Source: PVC group bacterium (GTDB lineage: Bacteria > Verrucomicrobiota > Kiritimatiellia > CAIKKV01 > CAITUY01). From it: a DNA stretch of 64,000 nucleotides. This document shows positions 20,622 through 28,413 of the stretch, piece by piece (within the stretch, counting starts at the first letter, position 1; each line of letters opens with the position of its first letter). The translations under genes were made by a program, and so were the position numbers. The DNA lies in the NCBI GenBank assembly GCA_945870225.1, contig CAMBRF010000009.1:16321-80320 (forward strand), written 5' to 3'. The notes below the pieces were generated by a model. It did not search any database, was not told where the DNA came from, and was given only the letters and a program-made list of their open reading frames with translations.

Positions 20622-22041
20622 CGCGCCGAACCGCATTCCTGAACGCACGAAACCCGCCCAGGACACCGGGAATCAGACTCGGATGGCGCAAGGTGTGCAG
20701 TCCTTGCCGCCACATCACGCCCGGCCGGAGGTAGAAGGCCTTCAAGATATCGCCGCGGGCCTGCTCCAATGCCTCACGGGTAAACCCGTGCGGCACAAAC
20801 ACGGTGTTCAGCACATTCATCCGGCGCCAGTCGCGGGTGAAGGTTCCGTATTGATCGGCTATGCCGAACAATTCACTACCCGGAAACGGGGTCATCTGCA
20901 TCACACTGATGTCATCCAGGGGCAGCGAACAGGCAAACGCCTTCGTCCGCTCCAGCGACGCCACCGTTTCGCCCGGAAAACCCACGATGAAAAACCCCTT
21001 GGTCCGCATGCCGCTGTCCCGGCTCCAGCGCACCGCCTGACGAATCTGATCGAGGTCCAGATGCTTGTGCATCGTCTTGAGAATGTCGGGGTCCCCGCTC
21101 TCGATCCCATATGAAATATGCCAGCACCCGGCTTTTCTCATCAGGGCCAACAGGTCCGGATCGACCCGGTCCGCGCGGCCCAGACAGGACCAGCTGAGCG
21201 CTATTTTTTCAGCCATCAGGCGTTCGCAAAACTCGCGCACCCGGTCCTTGGAGATCACGAACGTGTCATCCTCGATCAACAGCTCCCGCACACCGTACCG
21301 CCCGACCAGATCCTTCACAACGTTGAGGGCATAGGCCGGACTGTAAGCCCGGCACCGGTTGCCGAAAACGGACCGGTCACAGAACACGCACCGGTTGGGA
21401 CAGCCCCGCGTCAGGACAATCGAGGCGCAGGGCCAGCGTTTGATCCGCCCCGGCGAGGGACGGAACAGCCCCGGAAACCCCTCCAGCAAATCCCAGGCCG
21501 GCAGCGGCAGGTCATCGAGACTCGCGATCAACGCACGCGACGCGTGCCGCCGAAGGGTCCCGCCGTCGCGCGTGACCGTCCCGGCGATCCCGCCAGGCAC
21601 CCGCTCTCCGCCGGCCCGCTCGCGCAGGATCTCTCCCAGCGTCTCTTCACCTTCCCCGATGACCGCCATGTCAAAGGCGGGAAACGCCTCCAGCGTCTCT
21701 TCCGGAATGGCCGTCACATGGCAGCCGCCCACGATGGTCAGGATGTCCGGCCGGGCCTGCTTGATCCGGGCGGCCAGTTCCGCCGCCCTGACAATTTCGG
21801 AAGTGGTCGCCGTCAATCCCACCACATCGGGAGAAAAGGCCAGAACGTCACGCAGGGCGGACGGAAGGTCAAGATTCCGCGCCGAGGCCTCCACCACGGC
21901 AACATCGGCTCCGCTCCGCCGGGCGGAGGCGGCCAGGCACAACAACCCGAAGGAAGGCTCCGTGCTGCCCGCACCGGCAAAAACCCCGTAGCGTTCCTCG
22001 ACGCTGACCGGCGATGAAGCTAGAACCAGGCGCGGTGTCAT
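20617..22041 (-). CDS. B12-binding (class B) radical SAM protein
   Basis: N-terminal cobalamin-binding Rossmann-like domain plus radical SAM core CPNRCVFCD (CxxxCxxC). Confidence 0.8.
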   Translation of the reverse strand: MTPRLVLASSPVSVEERYGVFAGAGSTEPSFGLLCLAASARRSGADVAVVEASARNLDLPSALRDVLAFSPDVVGLTATTSEIVRAAELAARIKQARPDILTIVGGCHVTAIPEETLEAFPAFDMAVIGEGEETLGEILRERAGGERVPGGIAGTVTRDGGTLRRHASRALIASLDDLPLPAWDLLEGFPGLFRPSPGRIKRWPCASIVLTRGCPNRCVFCDRSVFGNRCRAYSPAYALNVVKDLVGRYGVRELLIEDDTFVISKDRVREFCERLMAEKIALSWSCLGRADRVDPDLLALMRKAGCWHISYGIESGDPDILKTMHKHLDLDQIRQAVRWSRDSGMRTKGFFIVGFPGETVASLERTKAFACSLPLDDISVMQMTPFPGSELFGIADQYGTFTRDWRRMNVLNTVFVPHGFTREALEQARGDILKAFYLRPGVMWRQGLHTLRHPSLIPGVLGGFRAFRNAVRRV

Positions 22042-22418
22042 GACCCCTTCCGGTCATCCCGCCCGGGGGACGTCGCGGCCGGCCCGGCCTCATTCTGCTC
22101 CAGTACCGCCAGTCGCTGTGTCAGGCGCTTGATCTGACGACGGTGCGTGGAAATGACCATCGAAAACTGGAGACACAACAGCAACACCATCAAAAACCCA
22201 AGCAGAAAAAGGGTGGTCGTGGGAGCCACCGCCCCGATCACGTCCGACAGTTTCAACAACCAGTCGTAGTGCAGAACCAGGAGCAACACCCCCAGGCCGA
22301 TGCCCAGCCACAGCCAGCAGTACGCAATATCCAGATGCCCCCGCTGCACCAATCGAACGATCAGCACCAGCAGGCACAGGGCGATCACCACCGAGGCTAT
22401 CAATTGTTTGGGAAACAT
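22038..22418 (-). CDS. DUF2304-like small membrane protein (commonly partnered with polyprenol-phosphate sugar synthase GT2s)
   Basis: 126 aa with 3-4 TM helices and a C-terminal RRQIKRLTQRLAVLEQ amphipathic tail; start overlaps the radical SAM stop. Confidence 0.5.
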   Translation of the reverse strand: MFPKQLIASVVIALCLLVLIVRLVQRGHLDIAYCWLWLGIGLGVLLLVLHYDWLLKLSDVIGAVAPTTTLFLLGFLMVLLLCLQFSMVISTHRRQIKRLTQRLAVLEQNEAGPAATSPGRDDRKGS

Positions 22419-22434
22419 GGTCTCTCCTTCCGCG

Positions 22435-23189
22435 TCATGCGGGCCCCAGCCGCCCGCGCCAGCCGCGCCACATAGGGGTGTTTAACAAAACGACAAACAC
22501 CGATAACAACATCTTGATGCCGTAGTACAGCGGCTTCCATCCGGAGTGAATGGAGACACCGCCGGAGCGAAGCGCCATCTTCACGGGCACTTCGCGGATG
22601 CGCAGACCGGCGAGATGTGCCATCAACAGCACGTCCGCATCGGGATAGTCACAGGGGAAAACCCCGCTCGCAAACAGTCGCAACGCGCGGCCGTTCAGCG
22701 CCTGGAATCCGCTGGTCGGGTCCGCGAACCACCGGCGCGTCAACACGAACAGAATTCCACCAAAAAAAAGCTGACCGAGCCGCCGGATCCATGGGGTTTG
22801 AAACGTCCCGCCGCCACTGTAACGCGACCCGATCACGATATCCGCCGTACCCGCCCTGAGCGGCGCCAACAGGGCCTCAAGCTCACCCGGCAGGTGCTGG
22901 CCGTCGGCATCCATCTGAACCACTCCGTCGTACCGCTGCTGCATGGCGAAGAAAAAGGCGGTTTCCAAACTGGCCCCATACCCCATGTTGACGGCATGGG
23001 TCAATACCTTGGCGCCCGCCGCCCGCGCCTCGTCGGCCGTCGCATCGGTGGAGGCATCGTTGACCACCGCCACATCCGCCGCCGGCAGCACGGCTTTCAC
23101 GCCGCGAATCACCGCCCCGATCCGCCCCTCCTCATTGTGGGCGGGCATGACGACCAGTATCCGTTTCACATGATCCGCTGCCTTCATCC
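22435..23189 (-). CDS. GT2 glycosyltransferase, polyprenol-phosphate mannose/glucose synthase-like (DPM1/GtrB-like)
   Basis: ILVVMPAHNEEGRIGAVI...VVNDASTDAT...QMDADGQH are DPM1-like motifs; the ATG at 23187-23189 avoids a long Arg/Cys-rich N-extension. Confidence 0.75.
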
Positions 23190-23222
23190 CGAACACCCTA
23201 ACCCGGCATCGCCGGGACCAAA

Positions 23223-23380
23223 ATGAAGAGTTTGAACAGAAGCCGCGAAGCACGCGAAGTGCTGCGGCGAAGACGCCGCAGCATGGATTGGGGACCCGGA
23301 ATTTCCTGCATGCGCGGCATCTTTGCCGCGCATGCCTTTGCGGCCTTGGCGACTTCTGTTCAAATACTCTTTCATCTCGA
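23223..23380. repeat. Nested palindromic element, about 155 bp. Terminal inverted repeats aagagtttgaacagaagccgc / gcgacttctgttcaaatactctt enclose two internal GC palindromes
   Basis: Read from sequence. Lies in the divergent promoter region between the GT2 and the TPR/GT-C gene; a partial related stretch (ttttaacagaagtcgcgaag) occurs at about 59475. Confidence 0.5.
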
Positions 23381-23509
23381 ATCCTAACCACGTCTCGACG
23401 AATTCAATTCGTAAGAAACTAAAACCTTTTTACAACACCAGCAGCAATGTATAAGGTTCAGCCGTTATCTTCCACCCTGAATTTACAATGGCGCACGCGG
23501 AGACATACC

Positions 23510-25540
23510 ATGCAAGACAACCTCGATCGAATCACCAAATGGTTTCCCCTCGCCCTTCTGGCTGCCGCCGTGGTGGCGTATGCCAACAGCTTTTCGGGCC
23601 CCTTCATCTTCGATGACTCCAGGGCCGTCACCAACAACCCCAACCTGTACACCTTGTGGCCCCCATGGAAAGCCGTGCAAGTGCCCACTCGCTTTGTCGC
23701 GGACCTGAGTTTTGCGGTGAACTTCGCCCTGAGCGACCTGACGGCCGCCGACTACCGGATCACCAATGTTTTGATTCATGTCCTCAACGGATGGCTGCTC
23801 TTCGGCATCGTATGGAGAACCCTTTCGCTCCCCCGCTTTGCAGGCCGGTTCGACGTCGCCGCCGTGCCCCTGGCCTTTGTCGTGTCCTTGCTATGGGTGG
23901 TCCACCCGCTCCAGACGGAAAGCGTCACCTACATTGCCCAACGCATCGAAGCCCTGATGGGACTGTTTTATCTGCTGATTTTTTACTGCTTCATCCGGGG
24001 GCTCACCTCCGCCCGCCCCCGGCTGTGGATGAACGCCTCCGTGGCCGCTTGCGCGATCGGCATGGGGACGAAAGAAATCATCGTCACCGCCCCCCTGATG
24101 CTATTTCTCTATGACAGCCTGATGGTGTCCTCCTCCTGGCGCGCCGCACTCCGGGTGCGATGGAAGGTTTACCTGGCGATGCTGCTGACCCTCGGGATCT
24201 TCGCCCTGTTGCTCCTGATGGGCATGGCCCAGGCCATGGAGGCGGGCGGCCTGTTTGAGCGGGCCATTACGCCGTGGCGGTACCTGCTGACCCAGGCCGG
24301 CGTGATCCCCCATTACCTTCGCCTGTGTTTTGTCCCGACCTCGCTCTGCCTGAGTTACCGCTGGCCTTTCGCGCAGTCCCTGGCCGAAGTCTGGCGTCCT
24401 GCCTTGGTGATCGTGGGCTTGCTGATCGTCACGCTCTGGGGCCTTATTCGGCGAAGGGCCTTCGCCTTCCCCCTGGCGTGGTTTTTTGTCATTCTGGCCC
24501 CGACCTCCAGCATCATGCCGCTCTCCGATGCCGCCTTTGAACACCGCATGTATCTGCCTCTGGCGGGGGTCATCGTGCTGGTCGTTCTGGGCGGGTATGT
24601 CGCGTCGGAACGTTTCCTCAAACGGCTCCCGCGTCCGGGGGCCTGGCACCCGGTGGCCGCCATTCTGCTCGCCGTCCTGGTCACCGTGTGGTTCGTCACG
24701 CTCACGCGGGCCCGCAACCTCGATTATCGCTCGGAAGACTCCATCTGGCGTGACGTGCTCAAGAAGCGGCCCAACAATTACAAGGTAGCGGTGGCCGTAT
24801 CCGGCGCCTTGATCGGGGAAAGCAAGTTCGACGAGGCCACGGCGCTCCTGACCAACCTGTTCGCCCGGCTACCTGACTTCGCCCGGATGTCGTTCGATGA
24901 CATTCAACGCCAGTACATTCAGAATCCATCCCTCCCCTGCGTGGAATATGCGATGGGACACAACAACCTCGGGGTCGTCTACCTGAATCAGTCGCGCTGG
25001 GAAGAGGCGAAGACAGAATTCCGCGAGGCCATGCGCGTGTTCCCCGCCAACTATATCGGTTATTTCAACACGGGCCGGATCGCCTTCTTCCAGGGTAACC
25101 GACATGATGCCATCCAGTGGTGGAAGCTCTCGTTGTTGAAAAAGAAGGATGACACCGACTGCCTGTCTCTCCTGGCCTCGACGTATGCCCTGCAAGGCGA
25201 TCAGACGAATGCCATCAAGTATTATCGCAACGTCCTGAAATGGAAACCCAACCATCCCTTTGCGCGTTCACAACTGGCCTGGACGCTGGCGACCTCCGCG
25301 GAGGCGCGGCTACGCGACGGAAAGGAAGCCCTGGCCCTGGCCCGTGACCTTCCCAGGATGAGCGGCGACGCCAGTGCGCGCGCCTATGACATTCTGGCGG
25401 CAGCACTGGCCGAAACCGGCCAGTTCGAGGAAGCCGTCGCCTGCGCCGGACAAGCCCTGCGCCTGGCCCCCGGCTCCGCCGACATCGAAAAACGCCTCAA
25501 GCTCTATCAACAACGCCAGCCCTACCACGAGTCCCGATGA
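23510..25540 (+). CDS. GT-C-fold membrane glycosyltransferase-like protein with C-terminal TPR repeats (TMTC/PMT-like putative protein O-mannosyltransferase)
   Basis: About 11 TM helices. A DD motif (PFIFDDSRAV) in the first extracytoplasmic loop is typical of GT-C enzymes. C-terminal ~250 aa carry TPR repeats (YNNLGVVYLNQSRWEEAKTEFREAMRV..., ALQGDQTNAIKYYRNVLK...). Confidence 0.6.
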   Translation: MQDNLDRITKWFPLALLAAAVVAYANSFSGPFIFDDSRAVTNNPNLYTLWPPWKAVQVPTRFVADLSFAVNFALSDLTAADYRITNVLIHVLNGWLLFGIVWRTLSLPRFAGRFDVAAVPLAFVVSLLWVVHPLQTESVTYIAQRIEALMGLFYLLIFYCFIRGLTSARPRLWMNASVAACAIGMGTKEIIVTAPLMLFLYDSLMVSSSWRAALRVRWKVYLAMLLTLGIFALLLLMGMAQAMEAGGLFERAITPWRYLLTQAGVIPHYLRLCFVPTSLCLSYRWPFAQSLAEVWRPALVIVGLLIVTLWGLIRRRAFAFPLAWFFVILAPTSSIMPLSDAAFEHRMYLPLAGVIVLVVLGGYVASERFLKRLPRPGAWHPVAAILLAVLVTVWFVTLTRARNLDYRSEDSIWRDVLKKRPNNYKVAVAVSGALIGESKFDEATALLTNLFARLPDFARMSFDDIQRQYIQNPSLPCVEYAMGHNNLGVVYLNQSRWEEAKTEFREAMRVFPANYIGYFNTGRIAFFQGNRHDAIQWWKLSLLKKKDDTDCLSLLASTYALQGDQTNAIKYYRNVLKWKPNHPFARSQLAWTLATSAEARLRDGKEALALARDLPRMSGDASARAYDILAAALAETGQFEEAVACAGQALRLAPGSADIEKRLKLYQQRQPYHESR

Positions 25541-25579
25541 GCGGGGACGCGGGACAGGCCGATTGTAATTGATTGCGCG

Positions 25580-26032
25580 ATGACGCTGGGTTTATTTCTG
25601 GCCGCCCTGTTAATGGGGTTGCTGGTTCTCGCGTGGATGCTGCCGGGACTGATCCTGGTGATCATCACGGCGCTGGCTGGCGCAACAAGCATGTTCAAGG
25701 GTGCAACGCCTTCCCCCGCGATCCTGCTCGTCCTCTTCCCTCTGGCGCTCCTGGCCATCATCCCGGCCATCCTCGCCCAGCTCCGGTACAGCATGACCTA
25801 CTTCGCGCTCGCGGAGGACCCGGCCCTCGGCTCCCTGAACGCCATCGGACGCAGCAAACAGTTGATGGACGGCAACAAGTGGAAATTCTTCTGCCTGCAA
25901 TGCCGGTTCATCGGCTGGGGCCTGCTCTGCATCCCCACGCTGGGCATCGGCTTTCGCTGGCTCGCCCCCTACTACTGGACCAGCATCGCACGGTTCTATG
26001 ACGACCTGCTCGCTGGCCAGCAGTCAGGCTGA
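25580..26032 (+). CDS. Small polytopic membrane protein (DUF975-like)
   Basis: 150 aa, four hydrophobic helices; weak family assignment. Confidence 0.35.
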   Translation: MTLGLFLAALLMGLLVLAWMLPGLILVIITALAGATSMFKGATPSPAILLVLFPLALLAIIPAILAQLRYSMTYFALAEDPALGSLNAIGRSKQLMDGNKWKFFCLQCRFIGWGLLCIPTLGIGFRWLAPYYWTSIARFYDDLLAGQQSG

Positions 26033-26036
26033 GGGA

Positions 26037-26438
26037 TCAGCCGTAGGTCTTGTGGAACTTGGGATCCTTCTCCGGCTGGGCCGGCGGAACTGCCGGCGTC
26101 GCCGCCGGGGAGGCGGCGGGAGCAGCCGGCTCGGCTTTGGCTTCCGGCTTGGACTCCTTGGCGGGCAGGGCCGCTGTTTCCACGTAATTCATCCGCAGGC
26201 TGGTGAGGGTGTTCGTCAACAGGCGTGTCTCATCCCGGTCAAGGTTGCCGCGGCTCTTGGCCTCCAGCATCTCCACCATGTCAATGGTGGCCTGAGCCGC
26301 CTCAAGATTGAGTTCCGCCTTGCCGGTAATCGGGTTGATGATTTTCCCGAGCTGCTGCATGGCAGATGACGACAGCATGAGAATTAACTCGATGAAATAG
26401 GCTTTGTGCGTCTCAGAACGAGGATCTTTTTCGGCCAT
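26037..26438 (-). CDS. DUF1844-like protein with Ala/Pro-rich C-terminal tail
   Basis: Core AYFIELILMLSSSAMQQLGKIINPITGK...; tail EAKAEPAAPAASPAATPAVPPAQPEKDPK. Confidence 0.45.
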   Translation of the reverse strand: MAEKDPRSETHKAYFIELILMLSSSAMQQLGKIINPITGKAELNLEAAQATIDMVEMLEAKSRGNLDRDETRLLTNTLTSLRMNYVETAALPAKESKPEAKAEPAAPAASPAATPAVPPAQPEKDPKFHKTYG

Positions 26439-26567
26439 AACATGCCTCCTTGAATCCATCCCGGTGATTTACATACGGCTCATGCGCCCCGGCAGGGAAA
26501 ACCCTTCCCTGCCATGGCCGCACCGGCCGGTCCAACCGGCCGTTTCCGCTTCAGGCTCCCGAAGCGA

Positions 26568-26948
26568 TCAAGCCTTCCTGCGGGCCCGCAAAACGAACTG
26601 GCCCGGGGATTCTTTCTTGAACGTCTTATCGGTGTACATCTTGACGTTCAAGGCGTTGATCGGTTCCTGCGACCGCCACTGGTAACCGGTCAGCAACGAA
26701 GCCTCGTAGAGCTCCGCGACGGACATGGGCCTGCCGGCCTTCTCCAGGATACCCCGGAGCATATCCCGCAGGTTCGGCTGAGCCTTCCGGGGGACCCGCA
26801 TATTCCGCACCGACACGCTCAACGCCGGAGCGCGCCTTTCGGCCTGCTTCAAAATGGTGGCCATTTCCATTTCGAGTATCTCGACCTTCTGGCGTATCTT
26901 CAAAATCTTCTTCAGGTCATCCGCGTGCAACTCATTTAAGTTAATCAT
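26568..26948 (-). CDS. Hypothetical protein (127 aa), possibly a winged-helix DNA-binding protein
   Basis: ORF with a basic C-terminus; no recognisable domain. Confidence 0.35.
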   Translation of the reverse strand: MINLNELHADDLKKILKIRQKVEILEMEMATILKQAERRAPALSVSVRNMRVPRKAQPNLRDMLRGILEKAGRPMSVAELYEASLLTGYQWRSQEPINALNVKMYTDKTFKKESPGQFVLRARRKA

Positions 26949-27117
26949 CGAAACTCCTCCCATTTCCTTGATTTGTTTAGGGATAGTACAGCTCTCTCCC
27001 GTTTAATCAAGTAGTTAATTGAGTGACGTCCCCTAGGCAACGTTTCATGATCACAACAACCCGTATTTGCTGATGATTTTGAAGCATTTTACGAAATCGT
27101 GATTATTGAAAGTTTGC

Positions 27118-27215
27118 TCATAATCTTAATCGTAATCTTAATCATAATCCATTCTTGAGCAATAGATTACAATTACGGTTAAGATTACGATTAGGATTTC
27201 TACGGGATGCTATTG
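27118..27215. repeat. AT-rich repeat element, family A copy 1: GATTACG-type tandem hexamers plus the conserved box attaggatttctacgggatgctattg, inside a ~300-bp AT-rich island
   Basis: A near-identical 42-54 bp core recurs at 46833-46874. A local imperfect dyad (aatcttaatcgtaatcttaatcataatcc versus ggttaagattacgattaggatt) is also present. Confidence 0.6.
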
Positions 27216-27276
27216 TAGTTAATTGAGTTGATTTATGGGATTGATTCCTGTTAGCAATAGGACGCGGAGGAACCCC

Positions 27277-28401
27277 ATGCCCAGACAACGTGTACTTTGT
27301 GTCATTGGAACCCGGCCTGAAGCCATCAAGGTGGCACCGGTCGTGCTTGAACTCAGACGCCATGCCGCCGATTTCGAAACCCAGGTCATGGTGACGGGAC
27401 AGCATCGTCAGTTGCTCGACCAGATGCTCACCGTGTTCGATCTGCACCCGGATGTCGACCTGAACCTCATGCAGCCGAACCAGACGCTGCAGGATGTCAC
27501 GTCCCTGGTGATGCACGGCATGGAGAAGTATCTGTCCGCGAATCGCCCGGACGTCGTTCTGGCGCAGGGCGACACCACCACCGTCATGGCAACGGCCGTC
27601 GCCTGTTTCTATGCCCATACGGCGTTTGGCCACATCGAGGCCGGGCTCCGGACCGGGGACTGCTGGGCGCCCTACCCCGAGGAATTCAATCGCCGGGTGG
27701 CCGGACTGGTGGCGCGCTATCATTTTGCCCCGACACGCGGCTCAGCCATGAATCTCCATCGTGAGGGCATGCCGCCCTCCTCACTCTACATCACCGGCAA
27801 CACGGTTATTGATGCGCTCACCCAGGTTCTCCACCGCACCCAACCGCCCCCCTGCCCCGTGCCCAAGGGGGCCCCCTACATCCTGATGACCTGTCATCGC
27901 CGTGAGATTTTTGGCGCGCCCGTCCGCGAGGTCTTCGAAACCGTCCGGGATTTTGCACGGGCCCACCGTGACGTCTATGTCTGGTATCCCGTTCACCCGA
28001 ATCCGAACGTGCGCGGCCCGGCGCAGGAAATCCTGTCGGGCGTGCCCAACGTCCTGCTCACGGAACCGCTGGACTATATCGCCTTTCTGCACGCCATGAA
28101 CGGTGCCTACCTGATCTTGTCCGACTCCGGCGGCGTTCAGGAAGAGGCTCCGGCATTGAAGAAGCCCGTGCTGGTCCTGCGCGATGTGACGGAACGACCG
28201 GAGGGGGTGGAGGCAGGAACCTGCTTGCTGGTCGGCCCCCATCGCGACCGGATCGAGGCCGCGCTGGATCAACTGTTCTCCGACCGCGCACTGTACAACC
28301 GAATGACGAATACGCCGAATCCCTACGGCGACGGATTGGCCGCAAGGCGCATTGCCGACATTCTGGCCGGCCGCGGTCAGGAATGGCTGCTCAAGCCCTA
28401 G
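27277..28401 (+). CDS. wecB: UDP-N-acetylglucosamine 2-epimerase (non-hydrolysing)
   Basis: VLCVIGTRPEAIKVAPV...HIEAGLRT...DSGGVQEEAPALKKPVLVLRDVTERPE is the WecB/MnaA signature. Confidence 0.85.
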   Translation: MPRQRVLCVIGTRPEAIKVAPVVLELRRHAADFETQVMVTGQHRQLLDQMLTVFDLHPDVDLNLMQPNQTLQDVTSLVMHGMEKYLSANRPDVVLAQGDTTTVMATAVACFYAHTAFGHIEAGLRTGDCWAPYPEEFNRRVAGLVARYHFAPTRGSAMNLHREGMPPSSLYITGNTVIDALTQVLHRTQPPPCPVPKGAPYILMTCHRREIFGAPVREVFETVRDFARAHRDVYVWYPVHPNPNVRGPAQEILSGVPNVLLTEPLDYIAFLHAMNGAYLILSDSGGVQEEAPALKKPVLVLRDVTERPEGVEAGTCLLVGPHRDRIEAALDQLFSDRALYNRMTNTPNPYGDGLAARRIADILAGRGQEWLLKP

Positions 28402-28413
28402 CCGCTTTTAAAA

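Noticed and set aside
27000-27235. AT-rich 300-bp island considered as a possible horizontally acquired fragment or small RNA gene
   Set aside because: No ORF and no recognisable ncRNA. It is better explained as a divergent promoter region carrying the family A repeat
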